This document shows, in pieces, positions 8,927-19,485 of a stretch of DNA of 64,000 bases. Numbering within the stretch: the stretch's first letter is position 1; every line of letters begins with the position of its first letter. Under the pieces are notes generated by a model. That model was not told the DNA's origin, ran no database searches, and was given only the letters and a program-made list of their open reading frames with translations. The stretch spans positions 16,378 through 80,377 of the forward strand of contig WGSN01000007.1 in NCBI GenBank assembly GCA_014871645.1. Direction: 5' to 3'. This stretch comes from Collinsella sp. Its GTDB lineage: Bacteria; Actinomycetota; Coriobacteriia; Coriobacteriales; Coriobacteriaceae. The position numbers and the translations under genes are program-made.

Positions 8927-10380
8927 CGAACAATCGCCTTCTTAACGCATGCGGCAAGTGTCGACGCCGCCGTCTCGATATCGCGGTCGCCCACAAGCGT
9001 ACGGACGTCAAACAAAATGCGATCGTGCGAGGTGCGCGTGACGACTGGCGTGTCGAAGTCCTGGACAAGCGAGCGCTTGAGCGCGTCGACCGTCAGGCGC
9101 TCGTCAACAAGACGCACGGCAACGCACATCGTGGGCAGCTCCACGGTAGGCAGCGAGCCGCCACCGGGAGTCGACGACTCCTCGACGATCTCCACCTGAA
9201 CGGCGCACGGGCAACCGGCCTTATCGAGCCCGGCGACCATACGATCGCGAAGCTTGCGGGCACGTCGCTCCAAATGGGCCTGCGGCAGCGTAAGCATGCT
9301 GAGCACCGGAATATCGCGATGGGCAACGTCGGCGTCGTCCATGTAGATACGCAGCGTGGCCTCGAGCGCCGACAGAGCCAGTTTGCCCGGGCGCAAGGCG
9401 CGCATAAGCGGATGTGATCCACAGGCCTGGACCAGATCGCGACGGCCCATGATAATGCCCGCCTGTGCGGCACCGAGCAGCTTATCGCCCGAGCACGACA
9501 CGATATCGAGCCCCGACGCCACCGAAGTGGGTGTAGTCTCCTCGCCGCCGCGAACCAGGATGTCGTCAGGCAACAGCGCGCCCGACCCCTGGTCTTCGTA
9601 GAAGAGCAGGCCATGCTTATGAGCAAGCGCCGCAAGCTCCCGAGAGCCTACCTCCTCGTGGAAACCCTCGATGCGATAGTTGGAAGGATGGACCTTAAGG
9701 ATCATCGCCGTATCGGGCGTGATGGCGCGCTCGTAGTCGCTCAAATGCGTGCGGTTGGTGGCCCCGACCTCAACGAGCTTGGCACCCGAGGCCTCCATAA
9801 CATCGGGGATACGGAAGCTGCCGCCGATCTCGACAAGCTCGCCGCGGCTGACGATGACCTCCTTGCCTGCGGCATGGGTTGCCAGCACCAACAGCACGGC
9901 GGCCGCGTTATTGTTAACGACCAGCGCGTCCTCGGCACCGGTAAGCGAGCGGATGAGCTGCGCGGCATGCTCCTTGCGCGACCCGCGCGAGCAGGTGTCC
10001 ACGCTGTACTCGAGCGTGCTGTAACCGCGAGCGACCTCGGCCACGGCCTTGGCGGCCGACTCCGCGAGCGGGGCTCGACCCAGGTTGGTATGGATAACCA
10101 CACCCGTGGCGTTGACGGCGGGACGCAGGCTCGGCAGCGCGGAGCGATGCGCACGCCACTCGATGGCCGAGGCCAGCTCGCGCTTAGAGCGCGGAGCGGC
10201 ACCGGCACGAATCGCGGCGCGCTCCTCGTCGAGCTCAGCCGTCACGGCAGCATGGACCACCGCGTCGCAGGTCTCCCCCGCCGCCTTCACCACCGGCCAC
10301 TCGGCAAGCAGCTCGTTGACGGAAGGAATGGCGCGCAGGCGGGCGCGCACCTCATCGGACATGTTCTGGCTATCGCTCAT
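8923..10380 (-). CDS. selA: L-seryl-tRNA(Sec) selenium transferase
   Basis: NATGVVIHTNLGRAP, SRGELVEIGGSFRIPD, SGDKLLG (PLP Lys). Confidence 0.97.
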   Translation of the reverse strand: MSDSQNMSDEVRARLRAIPSVNELLAEWPVVKAAGETCDAVVHAAVTAELDEERAAIRAGAAPRSKRELASAIEWRAHRSALPSLRPAVNATGVVIHTNLGRAPLAESAAKAVAEVARGYSTLEYSVDTCSRGSRKEHAAQLIRSLTGAEDALVVNNNAAAVLLVLATHAAGKEVIVSRGELVEIGGSFRIPDVMEASGAKLVEVGATNRTHLSDYERAITPDTAMILKVHPSNYRIEGFHEEVGSRELAALAHKHGLLFYEDQGSGALLPDDILVRGGEETTPTSVASGLDIVSCSGDKLLGAAQAGIIMGRRDLVQACGSHPLMRALRPGKLALSALEATLRIYMDDADVAHRDIPVLSMLTLPQAHLERRARKLRDRMVAGLDKAGCPCAVQVEIVEESSTPGGGSLPTVELPTMCVAVRLVDERLTVDALKRSLVQDFDTPVVTRTSHDRILFDVRTLVGDRDIETAASTLAACVKKAIVR

Positions 10381-10432
10381 GTGCAGCCTTTCAAAAGAAA
10401 CGTGGATCAGTCAAATGCATCAGCTGAGTCAA

Positions 10433-12550
10433 TTACTCGTCATTATCCTCGCGCGCGACAATCTTTTCCACGCGAACGGCGTTTTCCTGGGTGAGTGCGG
10501 CGCCCGTCAACGGGTCCCAACGCAACGGCGTATGGTCGAGCGGGCCCACGCCCAAGGCTTGAACGCCACCGGCATCGGCGCCAAACGAACGCCCGCCGGG
10601 AGCGGCCGAGGTGAAGATGCACGCCGGATGCAGATACGGCGTCGTCTCCACGCGCACGCGGTCGCGGCCCATGTCGCTCACAAGCTCGACGACCTCGCCA
10701 TCGGCGATACCCATGCGAGCGGCGACATCGGCGTTCATCTGCACAGCGTCCAAGTCCGACCCCATCTCGGCGGCACCGGCCGCCGCGAGTCTGCGCGAGG
10801 TATGCGACTCAAAGGGACGGTTGCCGCTAATGAGGCGAAACATCCCCGAGTCGGGCTCCACCATGGGAGCGATCCAGTTGGGTATTCGACCCAGGCCGGC
10901 TCGTTCCCACACGTCGCTTGCCAGCGCAATTTTACCGCCATCCAAGGGAATCGCCGGCTCGCCCGTACGCGACGGCAACGCTACACCCGTGTCGGCCCAG
11001 CCGCGCTCCTTGAGCTCGTCCAGATTGATCCCAAAAGGCGCCACCTGGGCAGCCGCCAGATCGTCAGACGTAAAGTCGAAGTACTCGCCCACACCACACG
11101 CCTGCGCCAGACCGGTAAAAATCTCCCGGCCGGGACGCGTGTCGTCATGCTGCACAGGCAACACGGCGTTGCGGTAGAACACGCGCGAATCGTTGGCGCC
11201 CACGACCGTACCCACACCGCGGTCGGCCTCCAGATACGTCACGTCAGGCAGCACGAAGTCAGAAGCACGCGCCGTCTCGGACCAGCGAATATCAATCGTC
11301 ACGAGCAAGTCGAGCTGCTGCAAAATACCCAACCAAGCCTGTGCATTGCCATAGCCCGCACCGGGGTTACTGGCATAGACGATGAGCCCACGCAAATCGC
11401 CGGCAAGAATCGACTGACCGATGGTCGTGCACAGGCCGCGCACCGGATCGACCAGTGGATAACGCTCGGACCCCAGCTTGGGCCCGCACGGTACCGGCGG
11501 CGTCGCAAAGCGTGCGGGATCGAGGTCGCCCAGCACAAGCGGTGTAGGTGGATTGAGCGCGCCGCCCGCGTGTCCGATGCAGCCCAGCAGCACATCGACC
11601 AAGCAGATAGCGCGCGCGGTCTGGGTGCTATTGGCATACGCGATACCGATGCCACCATGAAAGCCCGCATCCACCACGGCGGCAGGCGCGGCGGCAGCGA
11701 GATCGCGCGCCGTGGCGACAATCTCTGCGGACGGCACGTCGCACATCGACTCGGCCCACTCGGGCGTCCAAGCGCTGGCCGCCTGCGCCAGCTCGTCAAA
11801 ACCCGTGGTATAGCGGGTCACGAACTCGTAGTCGTACAGATCCTCGGCAATCAAGACATGGGCAATACCCAACAGCAACGCCAAGTCGCAGCCCGGACGC
11901 ACGCGCAGCCAGCGGTCGGCAAGCGCGGCCGAGCCACTGCGCCGGGGGTCAACCACGATAATCTTCGCCCCGCGCCGGCGTGCATCGTTGAGCGCGTCAA
12001 CGGCCCCCATCGTCGACGAATCGACAATGGAGCGCCCCAGGTACATGATGCAATCGGTGTGGGCCAGGTCGGACGCCGGGCTGTAGCCCAGACTGTGCTC
12101 CCAACCAGTAAGTCGGCTTACCTCGCAGGCACCGTCGGCACCGTACACGTTGGGCGAGCCCAGCGCATGCATAAAGCGATACGCCCAGTAGCGGTCGAAC
12201 GAGGGAACGCCGAGCGTCATGCCCAGCGCACGCGGACCATGCCCGTCGACAATCCCCCCAAGGCGCGCTGCAATCTGCGCGAACGCCTCGTCCCACGAAA
12301 TCACATCGAACCCCGAGCCATCAGTTCGTCGGCGCATGGGATGCACAATGCGATCGCGCTCGTCAAACGGCATTGCCAGGCGATGCCGTCCGCGGGCGCA
12401 CAGGGCACGCGCCGCGCACGGATGCCCCGCAACCGGCAGCTCAGCCACCACACGCCCATCCTCAACATGGGCCGCAAAGGCGCAATCGGCATAGCATCCC
12501 CCGCATGTGGTCACCACGGCGCGACCGTCACGCTTCACAGCAGATGCCAT
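10433..12550 (-). CDS. Bis-MGD molybdopterin oxidoreductase catalytic subunit (Psr/Phs-like), no Tat signal
   Basis: CGGCYADC..LCARG [4Fe-4S] motif, LGSPN..C ligand region, VVDPR, SETA..SDFVLP motifs. Confidence 0.85.
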   Translation of the reverse strand: MASAVKRDGRAVVTTCGGCYADCAFAAHVEDGRVVAELPVAGHPCAARALCARGRHRLAMPFDERDRIVHPMRRRTDGSGFDVISWDEAFAQIAARLGGIVDGHGPRALGMTLGVPSFDRYWAYRFMHALGSPNVYGADGACEVSRLTGWEHSLGYSPASDLAHTDCIMYLGRSIVDSSTMGAVDALNDARRRGAKIIVVDPRRSGSAALADRWLRVRPGCDLALLLGIAHVLIAEDLYDYEFVTRYTTGFDELAQAASAWTPEWAESMCDVPSAEIVATARDLAAAAPAAVVDAGFHGGIGIAYANSTQTARAICLVDVLLGCIGHAGGALNPPTPLVLGDLDPARFATPPVPCGPKLGSERYPLVDPVRGLCTTIGQSILAGDLRGLIVYASNPGAGYGNAQAWLGILQQLDLLVTIDIRWSETARASDFVLPDVTYLEADRGVGTVVGANDSRVFYRNAVLPVQHDDTRPGREIFTGLAQACGVGEYFDFTSDDLAAAQVAPFGINLDELKERGWADTGVALPSRTGEPAIPLDGGKIALASDVWERAGLGRIPNWIAPMVEPDSGMFRLISGNRPFESHTSRRLAAAGAAEMGSDLDAVQMNADVAARMGIADGEVVELVSDMGRDRVRVETTPYLHPACIFTSAAPGGRSFGADAGGVQALGVGPLDHTPLRWDPLTGAALTQENAVRVEKIVAREDNDE

Positions 12551-12672
12551 CTCGATTACCCCTTTCATCAGCCAAACACAACAGGCCAACAGCCCGACAA
12601 CGAGCCCCAGACCCAAATAGCCTCCCGCACGGCAACGCCCCGCGGGAGGCCCAACGTCAAACAGACGGTACC

Positions 12673-13512
12673 TTACGCATCGGACTTCTTAGCGTAGATA
12701 AACCAGTAGCCGAGCGCGATCAGAACCGCGCCGCCCACGATGTTGCCCAGCGTGGCGGCGGACAAGTTAAACGCAATGCCCGCAGCGTTGAGCGCATCGG
12801 CGCCGGCGACCTTGGCACCATAGCCGAACGCGTGCATCACGGCACCCATGGGCAAAAAGTACATGTTGGCGACGCAGTGCTCAAAACCGCAGGCCACAAA
12901 AGCGGCGATGGGCAGCAGAATGCCCACAACCTTATCGACCACGGTCTTGCCGGCGGTACCGATCCACACGGCCAGGCACACAAAGATGTTGCACAGGATA
13001 CCGCGGAAGAAAATCGTCACCCAGTCGATCGTCACCTTGCCGGCGGCGACGCTCACCATGGAGTTGGCGACCGCCTCGCCGTTGAGCTTGTAAATGCCGG
13101 CCATGTACACCAAAAAGACGATGAACAGGGCACCGACAAAATTGCCGACCCACACGACGACCCAGGCCTTGAGCATCTGGACCAGGGTGATCTTATTACT
13201 CTTGAGCGCGCAGACCATAAGCGAGTTGCCGGTAAACAGCTCGGCGCCGCACACCAGCACCAGCACCAGGCCCAGGCAAAAGCACAGGCCGCCCACGACG
13301 CGCTGGGCACCCCAGCCCAGCGTGCTGTCGCTCAAGAACACCGTAAAGAACAGACCGCCGAAGGCAATGAACGCGCCGGCGAACATTGCCAACAGAAAGG
13401 CCTTTGCGACCGGCAGGTTGGCCTTGGTCACGCCGGCGGCCTCGGTCTTGGCCTCGATCGCGGCGGGCGCCAGGCAATCGGGAGCGGGGTACTCCACCTT
13501 GGAATCTGCCAT
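12673..13512 (-). CDS. focA: Formate/nitrite transporter (FocA/FdhC)
   Basis: GAELFTGN, GILCNIFVCLAVW, FEHCVANM, GNIVGG motifs. Confidence 0.92.
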   Translation of the reverse strand: MADSKVEYPAPDCLAPAAIEAKTEAAGVTKANLPVAKAFLLAMFAGAFIAFGGLFFTVFLSDSTLGWGAQRVVGGLCFCLGLVLVLVCGAELFTGNSLMVCALKSNKITLVQMLKAWVVVWVGNFVGALFIVFLVYMAGIYKLNGEAVANSMVSVAAGKVTIDWVTIFFRGILCNIFVCLAVWIGTAGKTVVDKVVGILLPIAAFVACGFEHCVANMYFLPMGAVMHAFGYGAKVAGADALNAAGIAFNLSAATLGNIVGGAVLIALGYWFIYAKKSDA

Positions 13513-13551
13513 GTCAATCACTTCTTTCCTATTCAGCAGAGGCAAGCGCCG

Positions 13552-14055
13552 CTATAGCTCCTGCCCCAAGCGGACAAAGTGGGAAAAGTCGTTGGCGGCC
13601 ACGGCGTCGTACACGGCGTCGACGGCCTCAAAGACCTCCGGGGACATGGGGTTGTAGAACTCCGTATCGCCCGGCTGAATCCCTATGAAGACGATATCTT
13701 CACACGATTGCTCAATCTCTTCGATCAGAATCGACAAAGGAAGCGAATGCGTGGTGAACATCGACTTACGGGCCACATCGCGCTTGTCGAGCAAGCGGAT
13801 GGACCCGACGGGCAGCGCCATGTCGGCGGCATCGACCAAGACCAGACGCGGCGGACGCTCGCGCTTGACCTCGATGATGTCATCCTCGGGCGTCTGACCA
13901 CCGTCGATGGTGTACCAACCGGCGATGGGCGTGTCCTCCATCTTTTTGGAGAGCACGGGGCCGGCGGCATCGTCGGCACGCAGCACGCTTCCCGCCGTGA
14001 GCACGATACCCGCAAACGGGGCGCCGTTCACACGACCATCCACAACGCGACCCAT
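13552..14055 (-). CDS. hycI: Hydrogenase maturation endopeptidase
   Basis: GSVLRADDAAG, VDAADM, THSLPL motifs. Confidence 0.9.
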   Translation of the reverse strand: MGRVVDGRVNGAPFAGIVLTAGSVLRADDAAGPVLSKKMEDTPIAGWYTIDGGQTPEDDIIEVKRERPPRLVLVDAADMALPVGSIRLLDKRDVARKSMFTTHSLPLSILIEEIEQSCEDIVFIGIQPGDTEFYNPMSPEVFEAVDAVYDAVAANDFSHFVRLGQEL

Positions 14056-14636
14056 TACTGCAACCTTCCCGTCAGATACACGCCCGACACATCGCGCACG
14101 CGCTCAACCAGATCGCGGAACTTCATTAAGAACGCGACCTGCTGGGCATGCAGGCCAAAGTCGTCATCGAACACCGAGATGCCGGCCTTGGCAGAACCGC
14201 GAAAACCACGCTCGTCGAGCAGCGTGTCGCAGGCCTCGAGCAGCGACGGCACCGCCGCCTTGTCGAGCTGGCACTCGCCAAAGGAGCGGATGGCCTCGAA
14301 CTTGGTCTTGGCCTCCCCCTCCGGCAGCGCGTCGACGAGCGAATAGAAGACATCCACCGGCACCGACAGGCGCGGCTCAAAGCAGTCGAGCACGCCGGTG
14401 TGGTGGCCCACGGCGAGCGTGTAGTACAGCACGTCGCAGGCCTCCTGGGGAACGTCTTCCTCGGTCTCCACAAACTTACGCGTGAGCTCATAGAAGACCA
14501 CCTGGTCGGGCGCATGGCCCAGGCAGGGGTCGGCGACGCCCTCGGCGGCCTCGTCGCTTGCGCGCGAGGCATCGCCAAAGGAGCCGCCGAGCATACCGGG
14601 GCCCGCAAAGTAACCAGAGCGGTCCGTAAGCTCCAT
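14055..14636 (-). CDS. hyfJ: Formate hydrogenlyase maturation protein HycH/HyfJ
   Basis: VVFYELTRKFV, YYTLAVGHHTGVLDC motifs. Confidence 0.85.
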   Translation of the reverse strand: MELTDRSGYFAGPGMLGGSFGDASRASDEAAEGVADPCLGHAPDQVVFYELTRKFVETEEDVPQEACDVLYYTLAVGHHTGVLDCFEPRLSVPVDVFYSLVDALPEGEAKTKFEAIRSFGECQLDKAAVPSLLEACDTLLDERGFRGSAKAGISVFDDDFGLHAQQVAFLMKFRDLVERVRDVSGVYLTGRLQ

Positions 14637-15419
14637 CTAGCGACCTCCGGCCAGCACCAGATCCTGCAGCGCCGAGTACACCTCGACGCGGCGCGGATCA
14701 TCCTGCTTGTCGATGAGTAGCGCCATGGCACCGCGGATATCGCCCTTGGGCGCGCCCTCGAGCGTATCCATAAACTCATTGGCCAGGTCGCGGCCGTAAC
14801 GGTAGCCGCTCATGGCGCGAGCTTCGCGCTCGATGGCAACGCGCAGCTTGTACGGCACGCCGGGGTGCAGGATATCGGCCTGCTCGCCGGCGGCCTCCAC
14901 CGTGGTCTCGGCATGGAGCTTTTGGTCCAGCAGACCGAGCGCCATGGCAAAGCCGTAGATGGTCTGCGCGGGGCTAGGCGGGCAGCCGGGGATGTAGACA
15001 TCGACCGGCAGAATCTTGTCCGTGCCGCCCCAGACGCAGTAGTTGTCGTAGAAGATGCCGCCGGTGCAGCCGCACGCGCCATAGGACACCACGATCTTGG
15101 GATCGGGTGCGGCCTCAAAGGCGCGCAGGGCCGGCATGCGCATGGCACGCGTCACGGCACCGGTGTACAGCAGCACGTCGGCGTGACGGGGCGAGGGCAC
15201 GACCTTGATGCCAAAACGCTCGACGTCGAAGACGGGCGTGATGGAACCGAAGATCTCGATCTCGCAGCCATTGCAGCCGCCGCAGTCAACGCGGTAGACG
15301 TACACCGAGCGCTTGATCTTCTTAAGAAGGGTCGCCTTGGCCTTCTCGATGCTCTCGTCGAGCTCGATCTTGGTCGGGCGGTACTGAAGCCGCTCGGGCA
15401 AAAGCGTGGGTTCGGCCAT
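14637..15419 (-). CDS. hyfI: Group 4 [NiFe]-hydrogenase small subunit (HyfI/HycG)
   Basis: DCGGCNGCEIE, SPRHAD, GACGCTGG, IPGCPP motifs. Confidence 0.93.
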   Translation of the reverse strand: MAEPTLLPERLQYRPTKIELDESIEKAKATLLKKIKRSVYVYRVDCGGCNGCEIEIFGSITPVFDVERFGIKVVPSPRHADVLLYTGAVTRAMRMPALRAFEAAPDPKIVVSYGACGCTGGIFYDNYCVWGGTDKILPVDVYIPGCPPSPAQTIYGFAMALGLLDQKLHAETTVEAAGEQADILHPGVPYKLRVAIEREARAMSGYRYGRDLANEFMDTLEGAPKGDIRGAMALLIDKQDDPRRVEVYSALQDLVLAGGR

Positions 15420-15421
15420 GG

Positions 15422-16138
15422 TTACTCCTCCTTCGTATCAAAATCCATGATGATGCCCTCGACCGGTGCAGGTCCAGCGGGGATCTCGGGCGCATCGGGG
15501 TTGAGCTCGCGGTCGATATACTCCGGGTTCACGCCGTGGCCGCCCAGATACTCCATGCCGGGGCCCTGGGGCTCACCGGACGCAAGCGTCTCGTTGGCAG
15601 CCATGCCGCGCGCGTTGCCGGTCTTTACGGCCGAGGCGGCGCGCAGGGCGTCGAGCTCGCGCTTGCACTCCTGGCACATACCGACGGTACGGGCGGCCTG
15701 CTCGGCCTCCATGCCGCCGGCCTTTTGCAGCAGGCGCTTGGCGTAGTCGATCTCCTTGTGCGGGGCAAACGGCTTGCCGCAACGCGAGCAATGCTCGAGC
15801 GTGTAGACGCTCTTGCTGGTGAGGTCGTCCTTGCTCATGACGGCCAGCTCAAACTCCTCGGTGAGCTTGATGGCCTCCATGGGGCAGGCTTCCTCGCAGC
15901 GACCGCAGAAGATGCAGCGACCGTAGTCGATCGACCAGGTGATGGTATCGGCCGCAAGGTCGGTGTCCATGCGAATGGCATCGGCCGGGCACGCCACGCC
16001 GCAGGCACCGCAGGCGATGCAGAGCTCGGCATTGTGCTCGGGCTTGCCGCGCATGTCCTTATTGGTGGGGAACGGCGCAAACGGGTACTTGACCGTCGCG
16101 TCGCCGGCCTTGGCGTTAACCTTCCAAAGCTTCAGCAT
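15422..16138 (-). CDS. hyfH: FHL 2x[4Fe-4S] subunit (HyfH/HycF)
   Basis: CIACGACGVACP, CIFCGRCEEACP, plus CxxC..CxxC. Confidence 0.9.
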   Translation of the reverse strand: MLKLWKVNAKAGDATVKYPFAPFPTNKDMRGKPEHNAELCIACGACGVACPADAIRMDTDLAADTITWSIDYGRCIFCGRCEEACPMEAIKLTEEFELAVMSKDDLTSKSVYTLEHCSRCGKPFAPHKEIDYAKRLLQKAGGMEAEQAARTVGMCQECKRELDALRAASAVKTGNARGMAANETLASGEPQGPGMEYLGGHGVNPEYIDRELNPDAPEIPAGPAPVEGIIMDFDTKEE

Positions 16139-16139
16139 A

Positions 16140-17912
16140 TTAGAGCGCCTCCTCATCGAGCGGAGCGGCCATGGTGCCCTCGCCCGCAAGCGGCGACTTG
16201 TCGCGCCAGACGTTCTCGAACTGCTCCTTGTCGAGCACGTGGTCGCGCTTGGCGGCGACATCGGTCACCGTCACGCGGTCGGTGCAGGAGTAGCACGGGT
16301 CGAGCGAGCCGACGATCAGCGCCGCGTCGCCCACGGTGTTGCCGCGGAACATGTAGCGCAGGACCGGCCAGTTGCTGTACGTGGCGGCCTTGGCGCGCCA
16401 ACGGTAGCACTTCTGGTTGTTGCCGAGCATGGCCCAGTGCACGTCCTCGCCGCGCGGCGCCTCGGTGGCGCCGATGGCGTACTTGTGCGGGGTGTACTCC
16501 CAATCCGTGGTGAGGATGGGGCCCGACGGGCAGTTCTCGAGCATGGTCTCGATCATGTCGATCGAATCGTAGACCTCCTGGATGCGAACGGCGGTACGGC
16601 CGAAGGCATCGCAGGTGTCGGCCGTGGCGGCGTGCATCTTTTGGATGTCCGGATCAGCGTAGCCGTCGAAGGGATGGTCGAAGCGCACGTCGCGGGCATA
16701 GCCCGAGCCACGCATGAGCGGGCCGACCGGCGAGAAGTCGCGTGCGATCTTGCGATCCAGAATGCCGATACCGCTCGTACGCTCGATAAAGTTGGGCGTG
16801 GAGAGCAAGACGTCGACGAGCTCCTGAACCTCGGAGCGCAGTTGGTGGATGGTCGTGAGCGTGGAGAGCTTCTGCTCGGCCAAAATGTCGCGACGCACGC
16901 CGCCGATCACGTTGAGGCCGTAGGTCTTGCGGTGACCGGAGAGCTTCTCGGCCAGGTCCATGGACTTCTCGCGGACGCGGAAGAACTGCTGGAAGCCCGA
17001 ATCGAAGCCGGTGTAGTGCGATGCGAGGCCAATGTTGAGCAGATGCGAGTGCAGGCGCTCGACCTCGAGCATGATGGCGCGGATGTACTGGGCGCGCGGG
17101 GGGACATGAATGCCCTGGGCGCGCTCGACGGCCTCGGCATAGGCCACCGAGTGGGCACAGCCGCAGATGCCGCAGATGCGGTCGGCGAGGAACGTCACGG
17201 CGTCATAGTTCAGGCGCGTCTCGGCGACCTTCTCCATGCCGCGGTGCACGTAGAACAAACGGTAGTCGGCGTCGACGATCGTCTCGCCCTCTACGAACAG
17301 GCGGAAGTGGCCGGGCTCGTCGGAGGTAATGTGCAACGGGCCCATGGGGACGAGCGTCGTCTCCTTGCCCTTGGTATCGGCCAAGAACTCGTAGTTTTCC
17401 ATGTCGCTCGCGGGAGCGGGACGGAAGCGGTAGTCCATGGAGTCCTTGCGCAGCGGATACAGGCCGCTGGGCCAATCGTCGGGCAGCACCAGGCGGCGAC
17501 GGTCGGGCAGACCCTCGGGGATCAGGCCGAACATGTCGCGAAGCTCGCGCTCGCCCCACACGCAGGCGGGGACGAACGGCGTCACGGACGGGAACGTCAT
17601 CTTGGTGGGATCGACCTCGGTGCGCACGGTCACCCAGCCGGGATCCTCCCCCTCCATGGAGATGACGTAGTACACGGCGTAACGGCCGCACAGGCTGCGC
17701 TCATCGTTGCCGATAATCACGGGAATCCAGCCGTAGCGCTCGTAGTACAGGTAGTGGACGGCCTCGGGCAGCTTGTCCTGCTTGACGGTAATCGTCAGCT
17801 GGTCCTCGCACTGCCACTCGACCTTCTCGATAGCGCCCGGCACTGCAGCACGCAGGGCCTCGACGTGGCTTTCGCAGCGACGAGCGTAGTCCTTCTTTTC
17901 AGGTTCTGCCAT
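16140..17912 (-). CDS. hyfG: Group 4 [NiFe]-hydrogenase large subunit (HyfG/HycE)
   Basis: RICGICGCAH and DPCYSCTDR Ni motifs with cleavable C-terminal tail. Confidence 0.96.
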   Translation of the reverse strand: MAEPEKKDYARRCESHVEALRAAVPGAIEKVEWQCEDQLTITVKQDKLPEAVHYLYYERYGWIPVIIGNDERSLCGRYAVYYVISMEGEDPGWVTVRTEVDPTKMTFPSVTPFVPACVWGERELRDMFGLIPEGLPDRRRLVLPDDWPSGLYPLRKDSMDYRFRPAPASDMENYEFLADTKGKETTLVPMGPLHITSDEPGHFRLFVEGETIVDADYRLFYVHRGMEKVAETRLNYDAVTFLADRICGICGCAHSVAYAEAVERAQGIHVPPRAQYIRAIMLEVERLHSHLLNIGLASHYTGFDSGFQQFFRVREKSMDLAEKLSGHRKTYGLNVIGGVRRDILAEQKLSTLTTIHQLRSEVQELVDVLLSTPNFIERTSGIGILDRKIARDFSPVGPLMRGSGYARDVRFDHPFDGYADPDIQKMHAATADTCDAFGRTAVRIQEVYDSIDMIETMLENCPSGPILTTDWEYTPHKYAIGATEAPRGEDVHWAMLGNNQKCYRWRAKAATYSNWPVLRYMFRGNTVGDAALIVGSLDPCYSCTDRVTVTDVAAKRDHVLDKEQFENVWRDKSPLAGEGTMAAPLDEEAL

Positions 17913-17916
17913 GGTG

Positions 17917-19482
17917 CTAATTCACCTCACTTGTCTTGGTCTGGGAACTGAACACCATGCGGTAGAGAGGGGCCTCGTGGAGCTCTTCGACGCTCTGGTT
18001 CAAAACGACGGACGTTGCATCCTCGGCGCCGCTCGTGATGGCGACCGGGGTGGCGATACCGAACCACATGACCACGATCGCGAGGGCGATCTCGGGGATG
18101 ATCATGAGGGCGGGCACCTCGTGGCGCTTCATGCCCTCGGGCGCCTTGCCGAAGATGGACTTGAGCGCGATGCCGGTAAGGGCGAAGTACACGCCGGTGA
18201 GGCCGATGGCCACGAGCACGACCACCCAGATGGGACCGGACTGAACGCCGGCCACGAAGGTGAGGAACTCGGAGATGAACAGGGCGAACGGCGGGAAGGC
18301 GGCGAGCGCGAGCAGGGCGATGATGGTGAGCGCTGCCGTGACGGGAGCGATCTCGACGACGCCCTTGATCTTGTTCAGGTCGCGGGTGTGGTAGATGTGC
18401 TGGATGTTACCGGCCATGCAGAAGGCGAGCGCCTTCGTGAAGCCGTGGAAGATGCAGTGCAGCAGGCAGGCGGCGATACCGAGCGGGCCACCGATACCCA
18501 GGCACAGCGCGACCACGCCGACGTTGTCGACGGAGGAGTACGCGAAGCGGCGCTTGATATCGTCCTGCTTGAAGATGCACAGGGCAGCCACCAGGATGGA
18601 CAGCGTGCCCAGGATGAGCAGGAGCGTTCGCGGATAGGTGTTGCCCACCGTGATGATGGACAGGGAGTAGAAGCGAATGATCACCAGCATGGCGCACTTG
18701 AGCAGCACGCCCGAGAGCAGCGCGGAGACCGGGCTCGGAGCCTGGGAGTGCGCGTCGGGCAGCCAGGTGTGCATGGGGAACAGGCCCGCCTTGGTGCCGA
18801 AGCCGATGACGATGAACGCGAACGCGAGGCGCACGAGCATCGGGTCGAACTGGTCGGCGTAGGGCATGATGGAGGTGAGGAAGGCGGCCTCATGCGCGTT
18901 GGGCATGATATCGGCGGCGTTCGCGTAGATGAGCAGCGTGCCGAACAGGCCGAAGGCCACACCGGCGGTGCAGACCATCGCGTACTTCCAAGACGCCTCG
19001 AGCGCCTGCTTGTTCTTGTAGATGCCCACGAGGAACACGGTCGACAGCGTAGTGGCCTCGACCGCCGCCCAGGTGAGGATGATGTTGTTGGACAGGCAGG
19101 CGAGCAGCATCGTGAAGACGAACAGGCTGAACAGCGCGTAGTACTGCTTGGTGCGCTCGGCCGGCATGGTCTTCTCCTCGATATCGATCTTGATATAGGA
19201 GATGGAGTACACGCCGGTGATGAACCCGATGATGCCTACCAGAAGGACGAAGATCGACGAGAGCGAATCGAGATGGAGCCACAGGCCCAAAGCGTCGATA
19301 TTCTGCCCGCTCGAGAGCATGGTTCCCGCGGTGACGACCGAAAGGACAAGGGTCGCCGCGACGGAGATGGTGTTGAGCCCCGCGAAGACGTTGTAGGACG
19401 TCGTCTTGGGGAGCGCAGCCATAATCAGGGAGAACACGAGAGGACAAGCGAGCAGGGCGACCGTCAGCATTGAAACATCCAT
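17917..19482 (-). CDS. hyfF: Hydrogenase-4 membrane subunit F
   Basis: Antiporter-like; EASWKY, GFGTKAGLFPMHTWLPDAHS motifs. Confidence 0.9.
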   Translation of the reverse strand: MDVSMLTVALLACPLVFSLIMAALPKTTSYNVFAGLNTISVAATLVLSVVTAGTMLSSGQNIDALGLWLHLDSLSSIFVLLVGIIGFITGVYSISYIKIDIEEKTMPAERTKQYYALFSLFVFTMLLACLSNNIILTWAAVEATTLSTVFLVGIYKNKQALEASWKYAMVCTAGVAFGLFGTLLIYANAADIMPNAHEAAFLTSIMPYADQFDPMLVRLAFAFIVIGFGTKAGLFPMHTWLPDAHSQAPSPVSALLSGVLLKCAMLVIIRFYSLSIITVGNTYPRTLLLILGTLSILVAALCIFKQDDIKRRFAYSSVDNVGVVALCLGIGGPLGIAACLLHCIFHGFTKALAFCMAGNIQHIYHTRDLNKIKGVVEIAPVTAALTIIALLALAAFPPFALFISEFLTFVAGVQSGPIWVVVLVAIGLTGVYFALTGIALKSIFGKAPEGMKRHEVPALMIIPEIALAIVVMWFGIATPVAITSGAEDATSVVLNQSVEELHEAPLYRMVFSSQTKTSEVN

Positions 19483-19485
19483 GGC

